Below, in pieces: positions 27,183 through 40,300 of a stretch of 64,000 nucleotides of DNA; position 1 is the first letter of the stretch; every line of letters begins with the position of its first letter. The translations under genes and the position numbers were made by a program. The notes beneath the pieces were generated by a model that saw nothing but the letters and a program-made list of their open reading frames with translations, was not told the origin of the DNA and ran no database searches. The DNA is from Podarcis gaigeae (taxonomy: Eukaryota), in the NCBI GenBank assembly GCA_964106915.2, contig OZ066929.1. The stretch is one strand, 5' to 3'.

Positions 27183-29564
27183 GGAGACAGCCGGAGAAGA
27201 GGCACCATCCATTGGTGCAGCTCCTTCCGAACACGAATTATAAACTCCTTCGGAACATACCGCAAAGCCTGTGCTCACCACGAAGACATTCCTCTCTCTC
27301 TCTCGGGCCAGCAAGGGCGCCCTGCTGGTCAAGAAGGTAGTAGCAGCCATGGCAGAGGGGGCACAAGGAGAGGAGGTGAGGAACCTCCCCAGCACCATAG
27401 CAGCAACAGTAGCAGCATCCACTGGCACTGCCTGCCATAGCCCACAAAGCCCACACTGGCCTCATGGGCGTTGTTCCAGCTTTGCAGCCTCTCTGCAAAA
27501 GTTGTACTCCATCTCTCTCCTCCACCACCTTCAGTTCACTTCCTTATTTGCACAACCTCCGAGCTGCCAGCCTTGGCCTTCAACCCACACCACGGCCCGT
27601 GGTGACATCTCTCTGCTCATGCTGCTTCTCTTTGTCTGCCACCTCTTGCCCTCAGAACCAAGAGGGTGGCAGGACCTGCTGAAACTGTAGTGTGTGTGTG
27701 TGTGTGTGTACACTTGACCACCCTGCGATGACAGGGTTGGAGGGCCTTCAGTACAAACAGACCATGGTGGCCATAGAAGGGATGGATTAGGTCCATCCCA
27801 GAGATGGGTGGCAGCCATCTTCTCACAGGCCATCCCGTAACAGGCAGGAAACACTTCTTGGCCTCACAGCCCCTCTCTTCTCTGGCTCCGCTGCCCGCTC
27901 CAACAAAGCAGGCCTTTCTGCTGCTTCAGAGCAGCCCACTGTGTGTTGAGCCAGCAATAAACAGCTGAGAATCTCAGAGCGGGAAGAGCTGGCGAGGGTC
28001 TGATGGGGCCAGAGCAGCTGCTTTCATGTTGGGCTCTGTAAGGGACTCCACCTGCTCATATGTAGACCTGGCCAGTTGCCCTTTTCTCACACGGAGTCCA
28101 TTAGTACAATCCATCAGCCCTCCCTGGACCGAACGGAGTCTGAAATAGCCAGCAACGCAAGGCGATGTGGATCCTGTTGTAGACTTGGCTTCTCCCCCAC
28201 CCAACTGATGCTGCCTTCCATGACTGGCTGCCTCAGGCACCTTGTGATCACTGTGAGTCATTAGCCATACAGCAGTGGAAACATCTGGGCAGCAACCCTG
28301 CACTGTCCTCGTTCATGATAGAGGTGTGTGTGTGTGCGCACGCTCTCTCTCTCACACACACACATACACACACAAGCATGGATACACCTGTACACCCTAG
28401 ATTAAAACCTGCCACTGGGGGGCAATCCAATGTGTGCCTGCTCCTCGCTCCAGCTGGGGCAATCACTCGGAAGCAGAGAACCTCCCTGCTGCATCGGGTG
28501 GGACTGCGCCTGGTATCTGCCGGCAGGCCAGCCTGATTCATCTTGAGGGCGGGAGGGTTCAAGCTACAATCCAAACAAAGGTGACCATCATGTAACATTC
28601 TTCCTGGGTCATCTGAAAAGGCCCCAAGGGCTGCCAAAGAGTCTGGGAACTTTGGAAGCTCTAACAATGGAGTGGGTGATTGGACTGGGCCCAGGATTAG
28701 CCTTTGACAAGGCAAAACAGGGAAATTTGTGAGTCTGACTTGTGGTGCTGTGTCCCACAGTGTTCCTGGGCCCGTTCCAGACCTTCCTCCTTGCCCTCAA
28801 GTCACTCAAGATCAGTCTGTCTTTCGCACACTGCCATTGGGGTGCAGGGGCTGGAGGGACCCACAGGGGAGCCAGAGTTTCTTGCTCTCCCCGTTGGGAA
28901 TTACTCCGACTTGCCTACCCCTCTCCAGTTCTTCTGAAGAAGTCGTTGCTTAGACCAACAGCCTCTCCAAGTGGTGCCTGTTAATGCCCCCGGCCTTCCT
29001 GCCATCTGGGTGGCAGCAGCCCAAGAACCAAATAGCCCTCTCTTCCCACCGCCAGCTTGAATGAGGCCACTCAGCTGCCTGCCTCTCTCTCTGAAGCAGC
29101 AGGAACAGTCTTGCTGCCACAGCACATGATAGGAGAAGGGGCTCCATATGGCACTGAACTACCCTTACGCAACCCCTTCTGCCCTCCGTCCCCTCCCCCC
29201 CAACTACCTCAGGTTTTCAGGCTGATGGGCCACCCATTTTGGGGACAAAACAGAAGAAGACTGCCTGCCAGGGTGATGTCTTGAGCCTGGCAGAAAGGCC
29301 ATTTTGTCTCACTAGTAAAGTGACTTCCTCAGTGCTCACTCTTTCTCCTCTATTTTTAAAACGTTTCCTAAATTGGGGTGAGGGGTGTCAAACAAAAACT
29401 TCCATTAGAGCAGTTTCCCTTAAGTGACTAAAATCACTCACCACAGGTCTGGGGCCAGGTTACCAGTTGACCCAGGTGCCAGCTCTCTTTTTAATTATTG
29501 TATTAAATACAAGATTCCCCCCCCCCCTTTGTATGATATGTTGAATGTGTGTTTTCAATTTTTA

Positions 29565-29570
29565 AATAAA
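29565..29570 (+). terminator. Probable distal HIP1 poly(A) signal (AATAAA); a proximal AATAAA lies at 27956-27961
   Basis: AATAAA preceded by U-rich/UGUA elements and followed by GT-rich ggttctgttggctttgt. Confidence 0.55.
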
Positions 29571-29724
29571 TATTTCAACCCGGTTCTGTTGGCTTTGTAA
29601 TTTGTTAGAGAGAGATTCAGGACTCACAGTGTTCCCTTTGGCAGACTTACTTTTCCAGCTTACTCTGTATGTGATCAGGTGAACCCAACAATCTAGCCAG
29701 ACCAGCACCCAGAGTTGGTTGACC

Positions 29725-31220
29725 AATAATAATAATAATTTTTATTTATACCCCGCCCTCCCCAGCCAAGGCCGGGCTCAGAGCGGCTTACAAGCAATAA
29801 TAAAAACAAGTTGAATGATTACAACTTAAAAACAAAATTAAAATACAACATTAAAATATTAAAATGTAGCCTCATCGCAGAAGGAGAAGGAAAAGAAAAA
29901 AGAAAGAGAGGGAGGGAATCAAATTGGCTCCAAGCCAAAGGCCAGGTGGAACAACTCTGTCTTAGAGGCCCTGCGAAAAGAAATCGGATCCTGCAGGGCC
30001 CTGGTCTCATGAGGCAGAGCGTTCCACCAGGCTGGAACCAGAGTTGAAAAGGCCCTGGCTCTGGTTGAAGCTAATCTAACTTCCTTAGGGCCCGGGACCA
30101 CTAGGGTGTTGCTATTTATGGACCTTTAGGCTCTCCGTGGGGCATACTGGGAGAGGCGGTCCCATAGGTATGAGGGTTCTAGGCCATGAAGGGCTTTAAA
30201 GGTCAAAAGCAGCACCTTAAATCTGACCCTGTACTCCAGCGGGAGCCAGTGCAGCTTGAAAAGCACTGGGTGAATATGCTCCCATGGCAGAGACCCCATG
30301 AGGAGCCTCGCTGCAGCATTCTGCACCCGCTGGAATTTCTGGGACAGCTTCAAGGGCAGCCTCGCGTAGAGCAAATTACAGTAGTCAAGCCTGGAGATGA
30401 CTGTCGCATGGATCACTGTGGCCAGGTCGGGGCGGGAAAGGTAAGGGACCAACTGCTTGATGCGCGAAGGTGGAAAAATGTCGCCTTGGCTGTTGCTGCA
30501 ACTTGCGCCTCCATGAAAAGGGAGGCGTCAAGGATTACACCCAAACTCTTAACGGAAGGCAATGGCACTAATTGGGTCCCCGCAAGAGAAGGGAGTTGGT
30601 CCCTCATCCCCATGCCATCTCAACCCAACCATAGGACCTCTGTCTTCGAAGGATTTAGTTTCAATTGGCTCCCACGAAACCATCCAGCTACAGCTTCCAA
30701 GCATCTGGTCAGTGTGTTTGGGGCCGAGTCGGTGTAGCCATCCATCAGCAGATAGAGCTGAGTGTCATCAGCATATTGGTGACAGCCCAGCCCAAAGCTC
30801 CGGATAATCTGGGCAAGGGGGCGCATAAAGATGTTAAAAAGCATCGGGGAGAGAATTGCACCCTGCGGCACTCCACACACCAAGGAGTGGCGCGACGACA
30901 TTTCCCTCCCTAGTGCCACCCTCTGTCCCTGACCAGAGATAAAAGAGCACAGCCAGTTACGGGCTATGCCCTGTATCCCCACGTCTGCAAGGCGGTGGTC
31001 CAGAAGATCATGATCGACCATGTCAAAGGCTGCTGACAAATCTAAAAGGATCACCAGTCCTGACCCACCTCGATCCAGTTGTCTACGGAGATCATCTGTT
31101 AGGGTAACCAGAGCCGTCTTGGTCCCAAAACCAGGACGGAAACCGGACTGAAATGGATCTAAAGCCGATGTTTCCTCCAGAAACCTACCAAGCTGTTCAG
31201 CAACCGCTCTCTCAATTACC
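29725..31220 (-). mobile_element. L2-clade LINE, 5'-truncated, relatively young
   Basis: RT motifs LLDLSAAFDMVDH, GVPQGAILSPMLFNI, QYADDTQLY, LKLNPSKTE, SRLDYCN, LHWLPLEYRVRFK, WNALP, spread over overlapping ORFs; (AAT)n tail at 29725-29739. Confidence 0.92.
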
Positions 31221-32262
31221 TATAGCAGCCTTCCTCAACCCAGTGCCCTCCACCTTGGGGCGGATGAGAGTTGTAGTTCAAAATAATATGAGGTGCTGGG
31301 TTGGACTAAAGGCAGGGAGAGAGTAGCATGCTGACCATTCTCCTGCCTTTGGGGTCAGAATAACACAAAAATATGCATGTCTGACTTCTCATTCTGTGCT
31401 ATTGTGGAAGGCTAGAATTTAACAATGGCCCCCTTAGGCCATGACACAGAGAGAAGGGTAATGGTTAGGGAGAACAGGGCCAGAGCTTTTGGAATGACTC
31501 AATATGAAGTATATAGAGCTGTTAGAAGCTGCATCGAGCTCAAGGTTAAGCATCAGATCCCAGCTTTCAACACCCTGATAACCCCTTGAGGCACTTCGTA
31601 TCACCACATTCATTCCTGCACCTTTGTCCACACCATCGTTCATTGTTTGTTTTAAACATTTATACCCTGCTTTCTCCCTCCACAAGGGAGTTGCTCAAAG
31701 CAGCTTGCAGAGTGCCGGCTGGGTTGGGTCTCAGTGAAATTCACTCATTGGATCTTTTCTTCTAGCCCAGCCTTCTGGTACTTAATTTCTTATGAAAGTC
31801 CCAGCTGTCAAATGTAGAAGAGCTTCTGACACCCTTCAGGAGTTCTGTTCAGTAAACCCTGTTTTATAACGGCTCTTGGCCTTTTGTACAACAGTCCTCA
31901 TTGGAGTGTCTCACCTGAGCAAATGAAAAATGCTGTTTTATTTCTGTAAGGCGCTGCTTAAGGAGCAAGGACCTGATTTCCCTACCCTGGGCAATTGTAC
32001 TTAAAACCTTTGTTTTTACTTTGCTCTTCAGTGGAAAAGGCAACCAAAGTCCTTTGGGAGAGGACTGAAGCTCAATAGCAGACCATCCACTTTGCATGCA
32101 GAAGCTCCCAGTTTCAATTCCCAGCATTTTCCAAACTGCTGCCACTCAGCGAATACTAAGGTTGATGGATCTATGTCGTGACTTGATAGGAGATAGCTTC
32201 CTAAAGTGACATAAAAAGATAACTAATAATACAAGCCTCATGCTACAAGTCATAATCTAAAG

Positions 32263-32398
32263 CAGTGTTTCCCAACCTTGTGCCTCCAGATGTTTTTGGC
32301 CTACAACTCCCATCATCCCTAGCTAGCAAGACCAGTGGTCAGGGATGATGGGAGTTGTAGGCCAAAAACATCTGGAGGCACAAGGTTGGGAAACACTG
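32263..32398. mobile_element. Palindromic hAT MITE, 136 bp
   Basis: 58-bp perfect inverted arms (32263-32320 / 32341-32398) with a 20-nt spacer; TSD atctaaag (32255-32262) / atctaaaa (32399-32406). Decayed relatives at ~22430-22525, 31225-31310, 32850-32970, 40760-40970, 43590-43715, 55870-56010, 56160-56280, 62790-62890. Confidence 0.92.
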
Positions 32399-33429
32399 AT
32401 CTAAAAGACCTTAAAGGAAAAAGCAGGGGAAAAACAGGAAACTGGCGCTAATTCCTATTGGCTACAGAGTTCTCATTAGAACCAAGTGTGATGGAAACCA
32501 CTGTGGAAGAAAAGGAGCTGAGAGTTGTTGGTCAGCTTGAACCGGTGCAGCATCTCTGCTTCCCATCTAGCCTCATTGGATTGTTGCACCCAGGTGATGG
32601 TTGATAATGGATGCCATGCCAGAGGGTGGTGATGGTTTACATACAGCCAAAGAAGTACCCCTTTTAAAAGGGTAAAAAATTAGATCTATTTTCAAGCTGT
32701 GTTTTGCTGTGTCTGGAGAGCTCCCCTTCACAGAACTAGTTTTTCCTGAAGAGGAAGGATAATCCTTAAACTGGTTTAAGGCTGCAATCCAATATACATG
32801 GTTACTGGGCCACATCAGAGTAGGCTGCTCTAACCAGAAGTGGAGAACGCATGTGGGGAGCTCAGGTGTTGTTGGACTCCTGCTCCCATCAACCTTTGAC
32901 ATTGGCAATGTTGGCTAGGGCTGATGGCAGTTGGGAGTCTTGTAGCAACATGCTAAAAGCGCCATGTTGGCTACTCATGGCTGAGATGCAGGACAGGTGA
33001 TGAGTCTACCAGCACTGCCTTTCCCCTTTCCCCTCCTTGGATCTTAACCCAGGGCAGCTGATCAGAGGGTTTTAACTTACTTAGCCCTACTCCGAGTGGA
33101 CCCACTGAAATGAATAACATAATCATTGGTGAATTTATTCCAACCGGCAGCCCACTGGGAGGGCTTGCTTGGCTGCAGCCCCAGAACCTCAAAGGGCCAC
33201 CGCAGTCTACCTCCGTGAGGGGATTGTTGCCCCCGTGTGCGTTGTTTTTCTTACTGATACATGTTATTAATTTATTTATATTACTGTTTCTACTTTATTC
33301 TTATTTATTCGCGTAATTCGTGGTTTTTGTTTCCCCCTTTTTGTGACTGTAACCACTGTTGAACATCTCCTCAGCTCCTTCTCTGGCCAGACATTTTCTA
33401 TGACCTGTTAGCCGAGCTCCTCTTCTCCT

Positions 33430-34320
33430 CATGGCCAATTCGGGGACACTTGCGAGGGAGGGAAACCATTTTGAATCCCCGCCTGCCCAGGGGTCAACCC
33501 AGGCTGGGGAGAGCGAGAGAGAGAGAGCGACTGAGATTCACCTCAGCGCTTCAGGTGCCCCGCCCCACTTTCCTTCCTTCCCGCCTTTCTTCCCTCCCCT
33601 CCGCCTCGCAGAAAGAGGCCTCTTGTTTTCTCCAGGCCACGCCCATTCCCTCCCTCCCCCTCCCCCGCGCCGACGAGCTCCACGGGCCACGCCCCCTTGC
33701 TCCTCGGGCGCGCGCGGGCGCGCGGTGCATGCCGGGCACGGGAAAGGGAAGAGCGCGAGTGGCTGAGGCGGCCGTGGCGGCTGCGGCGCGTCGGGGCCTC
33801 GATGTCTCGGGGCGGCGGCGCGTCGGGGCCCGGCTGGGGCTGGTGGCCTCCGTCGCGGCGGCGGAATCCTCGCGAGCGAGAGCAGCAGCAGCGGGGCCGG
33901 CGGCGAGGCGGAGGGTCGTCTGAGGGCGGCCGGGCTTGGGCCTTCCCCGCGGCCGCAGCGGCAGCGGCCGCGGCGTCGCTGTCGTTGCTGGTGCTGCTGC
34001 TGGGCCTGTCCGGGGCGGCGCTCTCGCTGGCCGTGGCGGCGGCGGCCGGGGGAGCCTGGGCGGCCGCCTCGTCCTCGGCGGGAGGCGGCGGCTTCGGGAA
34101 GGAGATGAAGGGGCCGCCGTCGCTGCCCCACCGCGCCTTTTCCCCCGCCTTGGCCAACGGGGGCCCTGCCATGGGGGGCGGATGCTGCTACGCCTCACCG
34201 GCCCCGGTCCTGCCCGAAAGGAAGCGGCGGCAGTTGCAACAGCAGCATCAAAGAGGGAGCTGCGGGTAAGAAGAGGGCGACGGGTAGTCCTCTTTCCACG
34301 CCCCCCACCCAAGAACGCTC
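33430..34320. promoter_or_regulatory. CpG island / POM121 promoter and first exon
   Basis: Abrupt rise in CpG density around 33600-34320; CCAAT at 33435; GC box near 33558; spans the ATG at 33802. Confidence 0.85.
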
Positions 34321-37300
34321 GGAAGAAAGGAGTGCCCTTCTGCACTCTGCACATGTTTAGGGGGCAGAAGCTTGTCACACTCCTCTCGCCACAACTTCCA
34401 TCCATGCTCGGGGGAAGAGAGGAGCGCTCTTTTGCACTCTGTACATGCGGGGTTGTGGTGAGGAAAGACGCCTGCTGCTTGTGCAGGGCCTCCAGCAGAG
34501 CACATGCCCATTTATTGGAGATGGGAAAGCAAACCGAAGAGAAGCTGACTCTGTCCATTATTCTTCCTGCTCCACTGGTTGTCTTCAGCTTGTCTAAGGA
34601 GCTCCTTCTTCATCTTTGGGCACGTGGATGTGCAAAATAAAGCTCCCTCAACCATCCACATGTTCGCCTCCCACACCTTGAAACCAGCCTTCCTTCCTTC
34701 TCCAACACACCCCCCTCTCACTTGCATGTGGGGCAAGGCACTCCTCCTGCCTGCTGTTGAGCTCCTGCCTAAAAGTGCAGTTTCTGTTCCCCAGGGTTTA
34801 GCGTTTTGTATTGAGGCAGCTTCTGTAGCTATGATGCTTCCAGGATAACTTTGGAAGAAGAGAGTGATTTTGCTAGAGGGGTCTCTGGGGGGCCCTTGGT
34901 AAAGGTCTTGTGGGGGACCAAGGGAGCTTAGGGCAGATCAGGACACTTGGTTTCAGGCAAGACCTTTCCCCCAGCATGGCCTGGAGGAGCATGTGGGCTG
35001 CAACCTCTCCTGCCCACCTCACTGCATTCCTCCCACTTCCGGTTGCTCTTTCTGCTCTGCATCATTTCCCACTCTTGGCCCTGGTTGCAATTAGTCACAA
35101 TAACTTGCCTGGCCAGGCTTTTCATTTGACAGTGCACTGGAGTGTCATTCAGCTTTTGTCTTTTTACTCCCTTCTCATTAAATTATCTTAGTATCAGATC
35201 CTGGACTTCTTTATCCTTCCAAGTTCCCCATCTATTGCTGCTCTTCTTCTAAAGCTCCTGTCATGTTCCTCTTGGGGCTTCCAACACAGAAAAGCTCAGG
35301 TTTCCTTTCCCCTCCCTCCTGTTTCACTTTCATTCAAAGCCTTGGAACATTTAATCACCCTGCTGTGTGGTGCTAATCCAGGTGCTTTAGTTGAAAGCAG
35401 TGGGTGCTGAATCTCCTGAGGGAGCCCCATCACTGCCTAGAGACCAGCCAGGCTTTTTTCTCAAGGCTGAATGTGCCAGTTTGGGATCAACAGTTGTGCT
35501 TGCTGCCAGACTGTGTTGAGAGAGATTCTGTTGTTTGTTCTTTATCAGCTTTACCATCGTATTTTTAAAAGGGCAGGTTAGACACTTGGAGTGACGTTGG
35601 TTTCAGCCAGAATAGTTAGGTGTGTCAATGGTCTAAACAATAAAGAAAAAGACCCAACTCAGGCGTGTGTCCTTTTGCTGGCAGTAGCTTTCCTGTGAAA
35701 GGTAGGGCTGTGTCCCAGTGGTAGACAGAATCTCCAGGAAGGGCTGAGAGTGTCCCCTGCTGAAGACCCTGGAGAGCCTCTGCCAATCAATACAGACAGT
35801 ACTAAGCTAGGTGGACCAGTTTGGTCCAAGCTCTATGTAGGACAGCTTCTTGTGTTCTAAAAGGCTAATTGGAGGCTTTTTTGTTTAGCAGCAAATAACA
35901 CTACTAAGGTAGGGACTAGATAGATGTTTATCAAATTACACATGGCGTATAGGAAATGGTGAGATTATATGGATACTTCCTTCCACCATAAGACTGGAAC
36001 CTTAGGTGGCTGATTACTTTGTCAGTAGACAAGAAAATGCTTCTTCCTATAGGCAGGATTAATCCATGGGGCTTGCTTACTGCAAGCTGTAGTGTTGGCC
36101 CCTGGCTTAGATGGCATGTTCAGAGGAGGAGGAGGGTTGTTGATGGCTGAATGGAACCGTCAGACTTCTTCAGGAGCAGCTTCCCTCTGAATCAGATGCT
36201 GGGAAGGGTTGCTGCCCCCTTCCCCCCCTGCTTGGGGGCTTCCCAGAGGACCAGGATGGCTAATGTGAGAGGCATCAGGATGCAGGGTGTGGTGGTTTTT
36301 GTAGCTGCAGTGTGATCTGCTTGTTTCCTCACAGAGGATTGGATTCTCAGCATCTTCATTCCAGTCCCTTGTGTGGAAGTGGCTTGTCCAAAACTTTCTG
36401 CATTGTGATGAGTTCAGAGATGGCAAGTCCAGGAAATGTGTGCTGTGATGAGAGAAATACCTTTTTGTTTTCTGCAGGAAATTGCCTTACATAAAGGCAT
36501 CCCTGAAGTCATAGAAGACCTGAATGTTGATGTGCTTGCCTTGCATTAAGGAATTGAGGAAAGCATTCCAGCATATCCCTCTTCTGTCTTGAGAGGCTGC
36601 TGGGGCAGGACTTTTCCTTATGAAGTAGGTGGGGAGCCCATTTCGGCACCTCATTTCTTTGAAGATGAATCAGCCAACTTTAAACTGTTAGAGGAACCCC
36701 TCTCTCCTTCCACAAGCTCATGTGGGTGTTCAGTAGAATGCCATGCATTTGATGTGATGTATCTGAGCTTCACAACCTCCATGTGTGTTTGTTAGGTTAG
36801 GTGATCTTAACAGCTCAGCAGTGATTTTAACAATTAGATGGAGATTGTTTGATGTATATCTTTCAGATGAATAACAGAAGCCTTCCACACTTGAATCCAG
36901 CCACTGCTGCACTAGTGTTCAGGTTGGTGTAGTGAGGACAGTGTCTGCCAAGTATTTTGCCAGGGCAGTAAAGCAACCGGCAGTATAAACTGATGGATCA
37001 TGTGTCTTGCTATTTGTGGCTGAGGTTATTGACACTCAGAGCACCATCATTGCTCAGGTTTTGAACATGTGTAGTTTCCCCCAGGTTCTTCTTACAAAGT
37101 GGATCGTGGTTGTGAAAAGAAACCCCTTGTAGTGGCCAAGAAGAGAACTTGCCTGTTCAGTTTGAGGGTTTCCTGTTCCAGCTGGTACTTTTTGAGGAAA
37201 GGCCAGCCGTTCTTTGAGCATCTTCTTTCCCTCTGTCTTGACTGACCTGTGTTCTTTTCTCTCTTCAGGGACCACCTCTCTGCATCACCTCATTTTATGC

Positions 37301-40300
37301 TGTCCCCTCGGCGGCGCTACCCCATCCAACAGGCCCAATACACCTCTCTGGGGACCCTGCCCTCAATCTGCTGGGATGGATATCGGCGTAAAAACAGGCT
37401 GTCTGTCCACAACTCCAGCCTGGCCCGGAGCCCTGTGACAGTGAAGATTGCTCGACCAGACAGCAGCCTCTGCCGTTCCCCACTGTAAGTCTCTGGCTAG
37501 GATCTGTCCTAAGCCAAGCAATTCTTTCATGGGTTTATTTTTTATTTTTTAATAATCAAAAGATTAACAAAAGCAACAAACAGTAAGCATAACAAAATGC
37601 AACAAGACAAAACAAAAAGCCCAAACACTTAAAAAAAAACCAGACTAAAACACAATTCCAATAAATGTTTAAAATGACCGGCTAGAGCTATGAGAAATTG
37701 GGAAGATCCCTTCTGGTGGATTTTGATTTTGTAAAATTGGGGTGTATACACAGCCTAAATCTCACTTGGCCCTGTTGCCTCATTAGGCCAGTCCTGATTG
37801 GTTGGTGTGAGCGGCCAACCCTCTCTTCCTCCTCTTCAGCTGATGGCCCTAGAATGACTTCTTAATCAGCATCAGCTTGCTGCCCTAGAAGAGCTTTGTG
37901 AGGTCATGAGCAAGCCCTCAGGCTGATGTGGAGAGAGACTCCTTGCAGCCATAACTCTTGCCAACAAGATCTCACTGGATGCAGGCGGGTGGGGACACCT
38001 TGCCTCCTGAGGGAGAGCATATTGTTGGGATGCGGAAGAGCTCCGATTCCTTATGACTACTGTTTCTTCCTATTAACAGGTTGGAGCAGCTGGCTTCCCC
38101 CGTGGCTTTCTCTGCAACGCCCAACAGTACCCTGGACCCATGCGCCAAAGAGACGGTCTTGAGCGCTCTGAGGGAGAGCCGAAAGAGGGCCGTGGAGGAG
38201 GAGGAGGAGGAGGGAGAGGAGGACCGGAATGTCCCAGGTGGCCAGGAGAGCAAGAGGAGGTAACAGCCAGCAGTGGCCTGTCTGGTTGCCAGCAGCATCC
38301 GTTAGGGCACAAAGGGGCTGAGATCCTGGGACTGAAGATGTCGGCCTCAGAACCACTGATGCTTAATCACTGAGAAAAGGCAGAAACAACCCAAGTTGTA
38401 CCTTGCCCCTATCAAGGCTGGAGTGGGTTCTTGGTGACATAGTGAGCCTCAGGTTCCTACATGTTGTTGGAACTCTCTATATCCCCCAAGTCTCTTAAGT
38501 GAGTGAACTACACAGTTGTTTAAGGGACCTGTGCACAAGTGCTTGAGTGTTCAGGTGCTTGCAGGTGCTTTTCCTCCTCCCTGGGCCTCCAACTGGGCTT
38601 GTGGTTGCATGGGGGAGACAAATCCCAAGCCCGTATTGATATGTCATACAGGTTGACATTCTCAGCCTCATGCTCAGTTACGGTTTGGTTTGGTTTGGTT
38701 TGGTTTGGTTTGGTTTGGTTTGGTTTGGTTTGGTTTGGTTTGGTTTGGTTTGGTTTGGCTTTGCTTTGCTTCCAAACTGGACCATGGCACTGTTGCAATG
38801 TGGCTTTGTGGGGGTGAGGGTGAGAGGCTGCTGAGATGGACTTCAGTTTCAATTAGCTGAAAAATCTAAAAGAGCAAGACCCCTCTCTCAAAACCATTTG
38901 ACTAATTTCTGAATAGCCCCCTTCAAAAAATGAATGAAATGGTAAACCACCAGCCCCTTGCATCACCTGCTAAGTTGCACCAAGATTTAAACAGGGGTCT
39001 TCCAAGCTTGTTGGCATCCGCCACTATGCCATCCCTCGCCTTGCCAGGCTGAGAGCTGAGTTGGCCTTGCTCAGTATCGTAATGAGCTGGATCCATGCTT
39101 GTGACAGCTAAGCTCTTACGTTTTCTGAAGACCTTGTTTTCCCTTTTCTCTCCCCCCTTCCAGGCGCCATGATAGCAGTGGGAGTGGACAGTCTGCCTTT
39201 GAGCCCTTGGTGGCCAACGGCGCCCCAGCATCTTTGGTCCCCAAGTAAGTACTGAGAGTTATGCCTGGAAAAAGGCTTCCTCCTAATGGCATTGACAAAT
39301 AACGGAGGAGTGTAGGGGAGCAGTACTCGTTACACCAATCAAATTCAGAGGCCTGACCTCTATCCTCTCCCCTCCCCTCACCTGCATTGAAGTATTTTTA
39401 AAAAGAGAGAAACCACAATTGGATCTGCTTCATCATGTGTCCTTTGGCACTGAAATGCTGCTGTGCACATGGTTGCGCTAGGAGAGGCAGATTGAGGCCA
39501 TTGTTCGTATGCGTGGAGAGAAGTTCGAGGTTTGGCAAATCTCTCCGTGCTCTTCTGGATATGAATTGTGGGGTGATTGCTGTAAAAGGCCATCTTCCCA
39601 GCAAGGCTTTGACAGAAGGAGAGCCCTGTCGAAGGTGGCTCACCGTGCTATTGCCATCTCTGCCTCTTGCCCCTAGGCCTGGCTCCCTGAAGCGCTGTCT
39701 CCTCCTGTCCCACTGCCTGGAAGAAGGCTCCTCCAAGAGGTCGCGTACCTCCTCCCTCAGCTCCATCAACAGCCTGTCTGTAGGGGGGATCCCTAGCTCC
39801 ATCCGCAATGCCATCGCCAGCTCCTACAGTTCCACCCGGGGCCTCTCACAGGTACGTGCCGGTCCCTTGACTTCTTTTCCCCATGGTCAGGGAGGCTGGA
39901 GATATTTAGCATCACAAGTCATATTATGTTAACTGAGCGGCAATCCCTTTGTGTAAATTAATAAGAAAATCAGTAGTTCTAAATCCAGTGTTACAGTACT
40001 TATTTTTCAATGGTCTTCATCATCTTAAGTCTCAACTTCAACAGAAGTGTTTAAATTGTTTTTCTCATATTTAAAAAACCAAAAGTCTATACCTGAGAAG
40101 TTATGCTTAGCCTCCCCCACTGTTAGAGATTATACATTTTCAACTGGTATAATTCATGGCGTGTTGACTGCAACTGATGAGTCATAGTCTAAAACATCTG
40201 GAGCCCAGTTTGCAGAAGGCTGCCCTAGTTCTAGATAAAATTGAACATGGGGATGGCAAAGCCACACTGGACAACTGAGATGCCCCTGAGAGTTCCCACT

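Noticed and set aside
27271-28984. Multiple 70-155 aa ORFs after the HIP1 stop
   Set aside because: Lie in the HIP1 3'UTR; low complexity, no homology signal, no splice structure.
33450-34640. Several 150-335 aa overlapping ORFs on both strands
   Set aside because: Stop-codon depletion in a CpG island. Only the 33802 frame has the transmembrane segment and splices in phase to conserved POM121 exons.
38682-38758. Regular repeat array translating as (QTKPN)n / (WFGLV)n
   Set aside because: A simple pentanucleotide microsatellite: no spacers, not CRISPR, not coding.
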